A stretch of DNA of 62,882 nt, the filler included, from Neoconidiobolus thromboides FSU 785 (lineage: Eukaryota > Fungi > Entomophthoromycota): assembly GCA_025603075.1 (NCBI GenBank). It is 11 parts of 11 records of this genome, joined end to end, with 100 filler letters (N's around TTAATTAATTAA, not from the genome) between each part and the next. Parts side by side here need not be neighbours in the genome. Positions count along the whole stretch, not along the records: positions 46,473 to 53,900 come from MU626704.1; positions 54,001 to 61,002 come from MU626714.1; positions 61,103 to 62,882 come from MU626916.1; 8 more parts are not named here. The stretch is one strand, 5' to 3'. The position numbers and the translations under genes were made by a program. The notes under the pieces are model-generated. The model did no database searches. It saw only the letters and a program-made list of their open reading frames with translations, and was not told where the DNA came from. Below, in pieces: positions 51,447 to 62,882 of this stretch. Within the stretch, counting starts at the first letter, position 1, and every line of letters begins with the position of its first letter.

Positions 51447-51593
51447 AAATGCTTGTTTTTTAAGAAAAGAATTCAAGACAAAAATAAATACAGTAATTAA
51501 TAAAAATGAATTTCATTTATTTAGGTTGACAAATATTATATTGTATTAAGTAGCGGATATACTATTAAATAGAAAATACAAAGCAGTTATTTA

Positions 51594-51785
51594 TCAAAAA
51601 GTAAAAAACATGAACAATTTTTTTATAAGGAGTAGTACACTACGATCCATCGTAAACCAGTGTTTCCTTATATTGGATCTGGGAACTTCAATTCTTAGTG
51701 GATGAGTTGTATTATTTTGAGCAGTTGAGTGAGCATTAAGTGCTGAGATGGATAATGTAGTAGCAACGATTAACTCAAGGGCCAT
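51594..51785 (-). CDS. Possible small secreted protein or pseudogene, paralogous to ~47520-47710
   Basis: Signal-peptide-like MALELIVATTLSISALNA; duplicated nearby. Confidence 0.3.
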   Translation of the reverse strand: MALELIVATTLSISALNAHSTAQNNTTHPLRIEVPRSNIRKHWFTMDRSVLLLIKKLFMFFTF

Positions 51786-53258
51786 ATTGTGAATAGTTGA
51801 TAAACTTTATAAAAAAATAGTAAATCTAATAAATGTTAAATGTTTATATACCTATATAAACTAATATTAAAATTACTTTAAAAGCACTTTGAAAGTTACA
51901 GTATAAACCAAATTTAATATAAATAGTGACCATTTTTGATTTAATTATCCTTGAAATCATTTCTACTTAATAGAAAAAAATTATCTATAACTTACATAAA
52001 GTTCTAAGGAAAACTAATGAAAAATTAAGTATATATGCTACAGAATATAAAGTTAATTGGTATACTTTAAATAGAATCAACTTTTGTAAATCAAGGTGGT
52101 TTACTTATTGTGAATCTGTTTGATGTATCTATTTATTATACTGTGAAACTTTGAAAGAAAATTTTGTAGAATAAACCATTGGGTTTACTTTATACCGCAA
52201 ATCTGGATTTGGTTTTCTAAGGATTAAACTTGTGACCAAAATATGTATTTACTTCATGCTTTCACTAAATATTTTAAGGGGTCAGACGCTTTTTACTAAG
52301 GAGAGCTGAACCTTCAGAATCATTTTTTTGTAAAAGGAGATTGAGCATGCTTAAAACATTTAAGATATTAAGCTTCAAGGTTCTTTTAAAAAAAGTTGAT
52401 TTCAAAATATGAAATAACACAACTAGAGTATGAGTTACTATATTAGGATTATCCCCATTGACTAGTAATTTTGCTTCAGTATCTTCTACTACTCCTATCA
52501 TTCCTTTACTTTTTATCTGGATTCAAGGATTAAACCAATAAATTTCGGAAAAAGAAAATTTAAATTTAAAATCTAAAATATTAACTATTGGAAAAAATGA
52601 AAGACAAAAAAGCACATTTGTGAAGAAAGGTATATATAATAATATTAAAACTAAAACATAAGCTTTTATTTAATTATTACTATAAATGTAGCGTTTAAGG
52701 TGTATAATTTAGAGCATAAATTTTACAACAAAAAGCTTAAATTTTGTTTATTTTAAAAATTTGGTGATGGTTAACCTCACAAGGTTATTCAAGAATAGGT
52801 AAGAGTTTTTAGGTTGGCCTGAATTACTGGCCAGTGTTCTAGATTAACGCCGATTGATTTTTTAACTCAAATTAAGCAACTAATTTCGTCTACAGATTTC
52901 AGTTAGTGCATAAAATTTAACTAATAACATCTATACAGATAGAATACTCTCACTCAATTATCTTACTCCCTTACCCAGTCCTTAAGGATTAATAATTAGC
53001 TCTTACCCTCTTCGCTCCCTTCCGCTTCACACTATATTCAGAATGCTTGCTTTATCATAATAAAATTATTTTCCAATTGCTTACTTAATATAACTTTTAT
53101 AACTTAATATCTTTTACACTAACTTGTAGCATACAATTTTAGACGCTGATCTAAAATCTTGAGTAGACTTCCACAATTAATAAAAAATATTGCTACACAG
53201 GTATTGATTTAATTTTTTTTAGTAAATTTTATTTAAGGTTTGTTCTTTTTTGAGATAT

Positions 53259-53356
53259 GGGGATATGTTTTTGTGTTTAAGAATTTTACTAACAAATTTT
53301 CCCCTCAAATAGGGCTTAAAAAATGGAAAAAGTAATAAAACTAAAAAAATATCCCC
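53259..53356 (-). mobile_element. MITE A copy
   Basis: ATAT/ATAT flanks. Confidence 0.88.
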
Positions 53357-53425
53357 ATATATTATTTTGCTGAAAAGAGCGCTGATGGATTTATAAACTT
53401 AAAAAAGAGAGTATCTGGGTAGTAT

Positions 53426-53516
53426 AGGGATGTCCTTTTTTGTTCAAAAAATTTCCAAAAAAATTTGATTGCGTTTAAAAAATGAAAGAAGTGATAAAAC
53501 CTAAGAAAACATCACC
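53426..53516 (-). mobile_element. Diverged MITE A variant
   Basis: AGGGATGTCC...AAAACATCACC termini. Confidence 0.6.
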
Positions 53517-53541
53517 ATAGTATAAGTTTCACCAATATAAT

Positions 53542-53900
53542 TGTGAAATCTGGTACTCAGGGTTTGGAATCAAGAACAGCTATTGCTGGGTTAACTACAC
53601 TATAAGTCGGAAGGTCTTAGTTTATGTGACTAAGATAGACTTGGGTTATGAGGAATAGCACGTAATAGGTTACAAGCTATATAAGACAAATAGAATAGAC
53701 AATACTAATGTAAAATCTATGTAAAATACTATTAAGAAAACTTAGTGGCTTTATTGAATGTTCGAGATATCAAGGAATAATTCAGTTAAAAAGCCTCGAA
53801 CTATTATACTCTGTAAACTCTTTTATACTCTGAAAAGTATAAATATCAAAATGAGAAGATAATATTCTTTGGGATGGAGCTAGAAATTCTCATAACAAAT
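53542..53900 (+). mobile_element. LTR family B, 5' 359 bp (cut by contig end)
   Basis: Starts TGTGAAAT; diverged match to 60701-61002. Confidence 0.75.
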
Positions 53901-54000
53901 NNNNNNNNNNNNNNNNNNNNNNNNNNNNNNNNNNNNNNNNNNNNTTAATTAATTAANNNNNNNNNNNNNNNNNNNNNNNNNNNNNNNNNNNNNNNNNNNN

Positions 54001-54227
54001 AATTCAGTTAAAAAGCCTTAAGCTACTATACTCTGAAAACTCTTTTATACTCTGAAAAGTATAAATATCAAAATGAGATGATAATATTCTTTGGGGTGGA
54101 GCTAGAAATCCCCATAGCAAATCAAACTAAGAGCATGGGATTGGTTTTCTCTGAACTCGAGAACATAACAGCTTAGGCGATTGTTATGCTATAATCAACC
54201 ATGGGACTGACAAAGCGATATTTCACA
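54001..54227 (+). mobile_element. LTR family B, 3' part; first 65 bp identical to contig end 60938-61002
   Basis: Ends ATTTCACA, an inverted repeat of TGTGAAAT. Confidence 0.78.
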
Positions 54228-54382
54228 ACAGCTTTAAAAAAAGTAAAGTATATCTAAGATGAATAAAATTACTAAAAAACAATTGACTAATATCATGATT
54301 TTGATATAAAATTTATAAAATATTATGAAGAAATTTAAAAAAATTAATTTTTAAAAATATCCTAGTTATTATAACAGTATAT

Positions 54383-54479
54383 AGGGTGTTTTTTTGGCTT
54401 CATTACTTTTTCCATCTCTTAAGCACTACTTGAGTGGAAAAATTGTTAGTGAAATTCTTAAATACAAAAATACATCTCT
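54383..54479 (+). mobile_element. MITE A copy
   Basis: ATAT/ATAT flanks. Confidence 0.88.
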
Positions 54480-54833
54480 ATATAATAAAAAACAACTTTA
54501 TTTTTAAACTATAAGCTAAACAAAATATCTATATTAGCTTTTTGTATCTTTTATTTAATTATAATAAAAATCAAAGTTTATATTATAGTATTGGTTATTT
54601 TTTAGATTGGATTTGGATACTTTTAGTTTATAACAAAGCCAAGGCAAAAATCAATTGCTTTTTTGAAGTACATAGTACATAGTTTTCTCAAGTGGTTGAT
54701 TTTTATAGCTATTTTTAGGCGCCCTACTAAATTTTACTTTGTATTAATTCAATTCTTAACTATAAACTGTTTTATGTAATAAGTTAAAAATTAAGAACAA
54801 AATTATATTTTTTGTGGCTTGATCATAAGTATT

Positions 54834-54906
54834 GGGGAACTAGCTCAGATGGTAGAGCGCTCGCTTAGCATGCGAGAGGCACCGGGATCGATGCCCGGGT
54901 TCTCCA
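54834..54906 (+). tRNA. trnA: tRNA-Ala(AGC), identical to 26859-26931
   Basis: Same 73-nt sequence. Confidence 0.95.
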
Positions 54907-55998
54907 CATTAGTGAAATGTAGCTTTATAGTTACCTTATGGCTTATTTTTTAATATGATATATGAGATAGCTTTAAATTTGACTATCATTGTAATTTCAT
55001 CTTTTAATAAAACTTTATAGTATTATGTAAAACATCTCTATTTTAAACGACACCTTGAATTTTTTAGCCTTAATAATATCACAGTGGCATATAAAGCTTC
55101 TCTACATCGAAATGTTTATCTTATGGCCTAAACCTTTTAAAGGAGGCATTTTATATAAACTTATATTCAAATTTATGACAGCTTTATACTACCGGTTTTC
55201 AACTGTATGTCACTTATGGGATCTACAGAAATGTCTGTGAGCATCTTTTAAACAAAGCGTTCATTCTAGATTGTACATAATTTCGAATAAATTGATCTAA
55301 TATCCCTTTAAACCCTTTCCACTATATTTTTAATATACACTACAATAAATATCGTAGTATAAAATGCCTCTATCAAAAATAACAACTCATAAGATCTATA
55401 AGAGAATTTATTATTAAGCTTTTTCACTAGATTATCTTTTATGTAGTGAATTCAATGACTGTTTTTTTTAAAAAGTTTAGCTTAAATTACTATTAAATAA
55501 AAAATAGATATTATTTTAATGATGAATTTAAAAAGTATACAATTTCAGGAAGATCTTTCAATCTAATAAATAAATCAAGAAAATAACAAATCATTATCGT
55601 CCATTTCAATTAAGAAACTGATATAGTATAAAAACTTGGCAATAGGAACTGAATTTAAAACTTTGACGAAGGAGTGATATGAGGATATGTTCGATTGGGC
55701 ATAAAATAACCTTCCATTTGACATGTAAATTAAACTAAATTTTGACCACCACACTATGTAAGAGAGACTAAAAATTAAGGTTAAGCTATAGAACAAATGC
55801 TTATAAATCTAGGACGAGATTTGTGTGAAACTACATTGACATAAAAATACAAAATTATTGGTAAAAACATATTTATTTAAAGTTTAAGGTTAACTAAAAA
55901 TGAAAGTACCCCCATAGTAATAATAGGAAATTAAAATTAAGTGTATAAATAGCTCAAAAAGTATATTGGACTTTATTAATTTATATTCATTTAACATA

Positions 55999-56685
55999 AT
56001 GGATTCCAATACCTCCACTTCTTCAAATAACAATCCAATGATATGGTCGATCGTCACCTTAGTATTAGGAATCATCTTATTTTTATTCGGTGGTATAATT
56101 TTAGCTAAAGGGTTGAAATGTATCAAGTTTACTCGTGGAATCTCTGGTCTTTGGTTCTTTGGTTACTTGACATATCTTCTTGGTATTGTTATCATTGTAA
56201 ATGTGTCACCAAGTGATCCTACTACTGCTCTATGGATTGTGTTTGGCTGTACTATAGGATTTAGTATTCTTGGTGCTATCTTATGTGGTGCAATTGGTAT
56301 TTTAGGCGACATCATTTTAGGAGCAGCTTCAGGTTGGAGTTTATGGACTATCTTCTCTCCTTTCGTTTCAAACAACATTGTCAACTTGGTTGTAAGTATT
56401 GTCCTTGCTTTAGTTTTCGCTATCCTAGTTGTATGGTTTAAGGAAAAGGCACAAATCTTTGCATCTAGCTGGATTGGATCCATCTTACTTATCAGTGGTG
56501 CTGTATATGTTATAATCAACTCAATCGTATTATCTGGTAACTACGATGCACTTGTATCCGGTTCTCTTATCCTGTATATTATTTCAATCATTGCCACTTT
56601 CTTAGTTTTCGCTGTTGCTTCTTATCTTCATTTCAGATCAAACTCTTCAATTCAACAGCCTATTGAAAAGCAAGAAGATGCCTAA
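55999..56685 (+). CDS. Multi-pass membrane protein, DUF4203/TM7SF3-like
   Basis: About 7 Gly-rich TM helices, SSWIGS motif; ATG at 55999 preferred over 55966. Confidence 0.65.
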   Translation: MDSNTSTSSNNNPMIWSIVTLVLGIILFLFGGIILAKGLKCIKFTRGISGLWFFGYLTYLLGIVIIVNVSPSDPTTALWIVFGCTIGFSILGAILCGAIGILGDIILGAASGWSLWTIFSPFVSNNIVNLVVSIVLALVFAILVVWFKEKAQIFASSWIGSILLISGAVYVIINSIVLSGNYDALVSGSLILYIISIIATFLVFAVASYLHFRSNSSIQQPIEKQEDA

Positions 56686-57249
56686 ATACTCTAACTCTAT
56701 TATTTAATTTCATAATAAACATTTAATATCTATTGATGATTACAAATGTTTTTCAACTAAATCTACTTCAATTTCTTAAATTTTTTAATATTGACAGTGA
56801 TTCAAATTTAATATTGATCTTTAAATATATGTTTGAAATGGTTTTTCCATTTTGGAGTAAGCTTATAAATAAGTAATAGTTTTTTTGATCCTTATCTAAA
56901 ATCAACAGTGTTATAAAAGAAAATACAAGGCTATGATTATTATTTTGTACAATAACTTGAATGATTAATGATCATGCTTCACTTTAGAAATAATATCCAA
57001 CAAAAGTCTACATAGAAGTAAATTAATTATAGCAAATAAAGTACCCATTATATTATTTATTGTTCAATGAATTATGGGAACATTTGAAGCTAAATAGCAT
57101 TTTATTGGCTATCCTTAAAAGCAAGGGTTATAAAACATCTAACTTAGTTTTTTGTTTTTAATAAATTCTGTTTTAAATATCTATTTAAAACTGTAATTGT
57201 TTTAATATACTTTTATCTTTTAATAAACAACAACTAATATCCTCTAAAG

Positions 57250-59334
57250 ATGGTTAACTCATTGCAAATAAAAAAATTAGCTGAAACTAAACAAAGACTG
57301 AGTGACAAGAGAACGAGTAAAATAAATAAGTCAAATGATTTAAAGGAAGATAATGGTGATGGTAACACTATAACTCAACTTAATGAAATTGTCATAAACC
57401 CGGACTCCAGTTTGATTACCAATGAAGAGAGTATTATTCAGGAGCAAAGTAGTAATGATTATAATAATGTCAGAGGTGAGAGGAGTGAAATTTCAGGAGG
57501 ATTCAACGATGTTTTGGAAGGGCTCAAGGGAGATGAAGTTTTAAATGAGGATGGAGATCTAGAATCTCAACCAACAAGAAAGTATTTTAACTTTGCAAAT
57601 TATATTAAGCCAATTAATGAGAAAGAAAGATGGCTTAAGATCAAATCAGATGGTATACAATATTCTGGAGCTAAGGATATCCAAAAAGTTGATATTAATG
57701 AATTAGGGAATATATTAGTATGCTTGGGAGAGATTAATGGAAATAACAATGAAATAAATAAATACAGAAAGATAAGTGGAGGTAGCAGAGGGGAAACTAA
57801 AGTAAATGAAAGCAAAGGAATATGTGAGATCAATGAAAAGGCGAATAATGGAGGCTACAAAAATACCAATGACAATTATACTGGGAAGAAGTTAACTGCT
57901 AAACTATATGGTTTACTTGGAGTTAGTGAAGAATGTATCGAAAACTATAAAAAATTAGTTAGTTGTGGAAGTAAAAAGAAGTTCGATTCGGCTATCAGCG
58001 CTCAATTTTGCAGTAGATCTGTGATCCGTGCTAAAAGATATAATGAAATTGAACTGTTCACTGAAGACATGCCAACTAAAAAAGTCAGAATAGCTGAACA
58101 AGATATAATGGAAAGAAATGGTTTCAAATTTGATAACAATGTCCCTGAAAGGAATCTAAGGTATGAAGAGTTATTAGGACTTGAAGATATGAGCGATTTT
58201 AAAGCAGGTAAAGGTTACTTTCAATATTTGTGCAACAATGAATACCAACCCATTGCTAAATATTACAATGCCTTAAAAGAAGGGAAAGAATCAGTTGAGT
58301 TATATAAGGATGCTTGTACGAAAAGAATTGAGGAAGCTATCAAAGCACATCATATATTTGACCATTTACCAGTACCTGGAATAGACTTTGAGCCCCTTAT
58401 ATTTGATGATGACCAAGGGCTATTGGCTGAGATGCTAGCTAAATTTATGTTCATTGAAGAAAAGAATCAAATACTTGGCAGTGACTTTTTAAATAAGGAA
58501 AACTTAGATGATAGGCATAGAGTTTATGGTTTATATTTAATTAGTGCAATTCTTGGTAAATTTGCTGATGCAAGAGAAGACGTACTACTTGGATTTACGT
58601 TATTTGATCAGATCATATTCAAATGTCCAAAAATCAATAACGGAAATGTACTCTTATTCGCACTATCATGTGCATTTACAACATTGAAGTTATATGAAGT
58701 TAATTTGCCAAGATTAGATGATATCCTTGATTATACTAAACTTAAACATAAATATACTTGGGATCAAGTAATTGATACCGAGCAAATTACCCTTGAATCT
58801 TTAGATTTTCAAACATTGTTTGAATCACCAATTGAGTTTTTAGCAAGGATTAACAGACTAGATGCCAACAACAATCGTGTTTATTTATTAGCAAGATATT
58901 TATGTGAAACGTGCTATATTAGTCGCGATTTAGCAATGTTACCACCATCCAAAATAGCAGCAAGTTGCTATGCTATTGCACGTAGAATGATCAAAGGAGT
59001 TGATTGGAATGCAGAATTTCACTATTATTCAGGCTATTCATTTGAAGAATTAGGAACAAATATAGAAAGGATACTTCATAATGCATTATCAATTGGAGAT
59101 GAGCACTTTCTTTATAAGAGGAACATGAGAATTAGTTATGATACTCCATCTTTCCTTAAAGAAAATGTTAATGAGTGTGTTATTACTAATGCTGATATAA
59201 TCGAAGCAGCCCAACGTTATTTAAGGCTTGATAATCAAGATCAAGCTATCAAAGCTATTAAGAAAGAAGGTCTTGACAATACTGCTATGACTATTAACTT
59301 CCCACGTGCTCGACCATCTGTATTTTTTGAATAG
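57250..59334 (+). CDS. Divergent A/B-type cyclin-fold protein
   Basis: LKLYEV, TEQITLESLDF, SPIEFLARIN, LARYLCE, LPPSKIAAS, YSGYS cyclin N and C repeats; MRAIL box degenerate. Confidence 0.8.
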   Translation: MVNSLQIKKLAETKQRLSDKRTSKINKSNDLKEDNGDGNTITQLNEIVINPDSSLITNEESIIQEQSSNDYNNVRGERSEISGGFNDVLEGLKGDEVLNEDGDLESQPTRKYFNFANYIKPINEKERWLKIKSDGIQYSGAKDIQKVDINELGNILVCLGEINGNNNEINKYRKISGGSRGETKVNESKGICEINEKANNGGYKNTNDNYTGKKLTAKLYGLLGVSEECIENYKKLVSCGSKKKFDSAISAQFCSRSVIRAKRYNEIELFTEDMPTKKVRIAEQDIMERNGFKFDNNVPERNLRYEELLGLEDMSDFKAGKGYFQYLCNNEYQPIAKYYNALKEGKESVELYKDACTKRIEEAIKAHHIFDHLPVPGIDFEPLIFDDDQGLLAEMLAKFMFIEEKNQILGSDFLNKENLDDRHRVYGLYLISAILGKFADAREDVLLGFTLFDQIIFKCPKINNGNVLLFALSCAFTTLKLYEVNLPRLDDILDYTKLKHKYTWDQVIDTEQITLESLDFQTLFESPIEFLARINRLDANNNRVYLLARYLCETCYISRDLAMLPPSKIAASCYAIARRMIKGVDWNAEFHYYSGYSFEELGTNIERILHNALSIGDEHFLYKRNMRISYDTPSFLKENVNECVITNADIIEAAQRYLRLDNQDQAIKAIKKEGLDNTAMTINFPRARPSVFFE

Positions 59335-59624
59335 TTTTTTATACCCACTTTATAGCATTTACCATATTAAAATAAATTATTTTAGCTTATACTGTGTTAT
59401 AACCCTTACTATTGTATATCGTTTATGTATTGTTAATTCTGAAGTTTGACCATTTTTGATTTTATGTTTTTTGTCTATAATGTTGTGTTGATAAATAGAT
59501 AAAATAAACTTTTATTAGTTAAGGATTTAATCAATTTTTGTGTAATTAAAATTTGTTGCAATAGCTTTTTTAGATCTAAAATTATGTTATAATTATTAGA
59601 CTAGTAGATTTAATGACTTATTAT

Positions 59625-59726
59625 GGGGATGTATTTTTGTGTTTAAGAATTTAACTAATAATCTTTTCGTTCAAGCAATGCTTAAGAAATGGAAAAAGTG
59701 ATGAAATCAAAAAAAGCATCACCCTC
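59625..59726 (-). mobile_element. MITE A copy with TTAT target duplication
   Basis: TTAT|GGGGATG...CACCCTC|TTAT. Confidence 0.88.
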
Positions 59727-60200
59727 TTATGTTACGTTTTAAAGCTCTTTTAAATATAAAATGAAATAATTTATCAAGCTCAGTAAAGGGATTAAGTTTA
59801 TGACAGGGAAAAATATTGCTCCAAAAAATTCCCATTTAAAAGAACTATTAGATTAAAAAACTTGTTATTAAGAAATATTAAATTTATGCTACTTTTAAAA
59901 TTAGGATTAGGTCAGGGTTATGCCTAGGCTAGATTTAGGATTAGGACAGAGTTTGCTTTTATTTTTAAAATATTATCTATGTTATCTTAGATTATAATGG
60001 AGCCAAAGCAAAAGTTGGTAGTTTTTTGTAGCATAGAATCTTTTCGAGTAATTGAATTTAAGCCTAGCTTTAAAATGATTGTGAATATTTGCTTTGACAC
60101 AAAGTGAATGATTAAAGTTCACTTTAAATCCAAATCTTGGTTTTCTCACAGCATTTTTATTTGAGTGAAATCAACTATTAAGTAGCCGAGTTTTGTTAGA

Positions 60201-60291
60201 TGAAAATATATTTTCTATAAGGATTTTACTAACAATTTTTCTACACAAATAGCGTTTAAATAATGGAAAGGTGATGAAACCAAAAGCACCC
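60201..60291 (-). mobile_element. Degraded MITE A copy
   Basis: AAGGATTTTACTAACAATTTTTCTACACAAATAGCG core. Confidence 0.65.
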
Positions 60292-60379
60292 ACAGGTCTT
60301 TTTTTGAACGAGCAAAATAAAAATAATCGTAATTAAACTACTACTTAATTTATAGTAATCAATGATAAATATTGAATAT

Positions 60380-60480
60380 AGGGGGATGTATTTTTTTTGT
60401 TTAAGGATTTTGGTAACAATCTTTCTACTCAAATAGTGCTTAAAAAATGGAAAAGTAATGTAATCAAAAAAAACATCCCC
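60380..60480 (-). mobile_element. MITE A copy
   Basis: ATAT/ATAT flanks. Confidence 0.9.
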
Positions 60481-60700
60481 ATATCAATAAATCAACATCA
60501 AATTAAGTAATATAAAAAAATAATATAAAAAAATAATATAAAAAAGCCACATTTAGCTCTTGTTAATAAAATAATCAATGATTTTATAACAAAAATTGCT
60601 GCTTTTATTAAAAGCAACAATAATATAACTTATGCAAATATTAAAAAATATTTAATAAAAATAAAGTACAATAAATTAAAAAATAATATTATTTATATAG

Positions 60701-61002
60701 TGTAAAATCTGGTATTCAGTGTTTGGAGTCAAAAACAGTTATTGCTTGATTGACTATACTACAAGTCAAAAGGTCTTAGTTTATGTGACTAAGATAGACT
60801 TGGGTTATGAAGAATAGCACGTAATAAGCTACAGACTATGTAAAACAAATAGAATAGACAATACTAACGTAAAACCTATGTAAAATACTATTGTGAAAAC
60901 TTAGTGGCTTTATTAAATGTTCGAGATATCAGGGAATAATTCAGTTAAAAAGCCTTAAGCTACTATACTCTGAAAACTCTTTTATACTCTGAAAAGTATA
61001 AA
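60701..61002 (+). mobile_element. LTR family B, 5' part; last 65 bp identical to contig start
   Basis: Starts TGTAAAAT; joined with 54066-54227 gives a 464-bp TG...CA unit. Confidence 0.78.
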
Positions 61003-62647
61003 NNNNNNNNNNNNNNNNNNNNNNNNNNNNNNNNNNNNNNNNNNNNTTAATTAATTAANNNNNNNNNNNNNNNNNNNNNNNNNNNNNNNNNNNNNNNNNN
61101 NNAAACAGGATCACAAGTAAAACTAAGAAGGCAGAAACATAAGATACATTTGGGACGTATTTTTTAGCTAGAAATTCACTAAATAGGTCAATTTCGGACT
61201 CCATTTTATCTCCTATTATTATCCGTTTATATTAAATTTATTGATATGATATCTTATGGTGTATTATAAAATATTGAACGAATGACGAGAACGATATCGA
61301 AATTATGCTACTATATTGAGTATTTATACTTTTGATATTATGTTGTTTTTATAAAATTAATAATAACATTATTAGCTGTATTCGTGTTTTGAATGCCAAA
61401 ATTTCTATAAACTTGTTTTTTATACAGCCATTTTTTTAAGAAATACTTATCTATAACCATAAGTTATTATCTTAAGTTTGAAGTATCTTTTTCCAATAAA
61501 AGTTTTATGTTTTTTTTAACCTTTAGTTAATATGACTCTAATATTTCATAGAAACATCAATTTATCTTAAAGATTCCAATAAGTTATGCCCAGAATATTT
61601 AATATATATTTATATGAATTAAGAATAAAATACCCATAAAAGTATATAACTACTCTGCTAATTATCAACAACTCAAAGATTATTCGAAATGAACAAAGTA
61701 CAGAGATGAAGAGCAGTATCCAAAACCTTAATTTTTTTAACTGCAAGTGGAACTTGTAGCTGACCTATAAGGTTATCTACAATAGTTCTTTTTTTGTTGT
61801 AACTCTTTCACTATATATAACTAATATTTCTCTGTTTTTTAATCATGATATCAAAATGTTTAAAATTTTATGCATCTGGACATGTGCTATCAAGAATAGA
61901 ATTTTTTGTTTCGTAGCATCATAATACGCAAAACTTGTATAACAGGTAATATTAAATTTAGATATATCTTAATATCTAATATGTTAGTTGTTTTAAACAT
62001 TTTTATATTAAGTTAATCTATTTACTTTTGGGCATTGACATATTGAATATAAAAGACGCATATAGTATAAAATATGTGTATTAGTTTATACTAATAACAA
62101 CATGAACCTGATATAATTTGAGATTTTTTTAATTTGAATTTTGTATAAAGTTGATCATCTAAAAAGCATCCTGAGAGTTGTATTTGAAATGTTAATCAAA
62201 GTTAAACTGCATCATTAATTACACCTCAATTTAAAGAATTACTATATTGTTTCGAAATTTACATTTTTTCTAAAAGGCAATTAGGAAGTATAAGGCTAAC
62301 ATGTTCCAGTAATGCTACGTCTCTTTATTAATTTTTTCTCATTCTTCATTATATTTCCTATTTCACATTCTCATTTCTCAAAAGTTTTTGATTTTCTTTG
62401 AAACAAAATATTTGAGGATTGATTGGCCCATTTAAAATATGGGGATGTCTGAATTAGTTTCATTATTTTATCCAATTTTTGAAAAAATTTGTATTTTAAA
62501 AACTTCGCTTAAAACTCTATAAAACCATATCTTTTATTAAAACAAAAGTACCCAGAAACAGTTCTAAATCATTCTATTATAGCTCATACTGTAAGTTTAG
62601 TTGAATTTTTACTAGATCTTAAATACATGTTCTTATAAAACTTAATT

Positions 62648-62882
62648 GAGAAATATTTATTATCAACTGCTTTATAACCAACATTGTAGATTTGTTACCG
62701 AATAAATAAACTATTTTAATGTTATAATTACATCATTAATATATTGCCAAGTTAACAAATAGCTGCATGAGAGGGAGCGGTTATCCTCAAAACTATAATT
62801 AACCATCCCTATATAGTACAAGTAATAATAGTTTTTACATATTATTACAGTTACTTGTTCTTTGACTATTTATTAACTTAGC
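62648..62882 (-). mobile_element. 3'-terminal fragment of the Sola-like element
   Basis: Diverged match to 21546-21785; begins AATT|GAGAAATATTT. Confidence 0.65.

Noticed and set aside
59900-59950. TTAGG-like words here and CCCTA/TAACC-like words near 48000-48120
   Set aside because: Too few and too degenerate to call interstitial telomere repeats in AT-rich DNA

Overview
This window is not one chromosome segment. It is 11 contigs joined by artificial 100-nt linkers (N44-TTAATTAATTAA-N44), so linkage holds only within a contig: 1-6684, 6785-10719, 10820-12755, 12856-22791, 22892-25292, 25393-43178, 43279-44837, 44938-46372, 46473-53900, 54001-61002, 61103-62882. The DNA is very AT-rich, eukaryotic and fungal, with 42-72 nt GT-AG introns. 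The gene set (class-A-like GPCRs, secreted subtilisin, secreted tyrosinase) suggests an early-diverging fungus of the Entomophthorales/Conidiobolus type (inference). Nuclear genes: two small secreted Thr/Tyr-rich paralogues, two 7TM receptors, phosducin-like protein, V-ATPase subunit f/RNASEK, HSP20 fragment, two tandem amidase fragments, yellow/MRJP-like protein, DJ-1/PfpI protein, Zn2Cys6 factor, GRAM-VASt sterol transporter, tyrosinase, subtilisin, DUF4203-like membrane protein, a divergent cyclin, four tRNAs and a P450 pseudogene. One contig is mitochondrial cox1 with a LAGLIDADG group I intron. The main unannotated structures are: (1) about 30 copies of a ~98-bp MITE with GGGGATGT termini and demonstrable 4-bp target duplications; (2) a decayed ~2.2-kb Sola-like transposase element with related termini, the MITE's probable partner, whose frame is restored when the MITEs are removed; (3) two contigs whose ends are exact direct repeats (95 and 65 bp) lying inside a mobile element, so they are either circles or collapsed tandem amplicons, carrying yellow/MRJP plus a GPCR, and tRNA-Ala plus DUF4203 plus the cyclin; (4) a 272-bp near-perfect hairpin. 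Family assignments come from motif recognition by eye; no database search was run.
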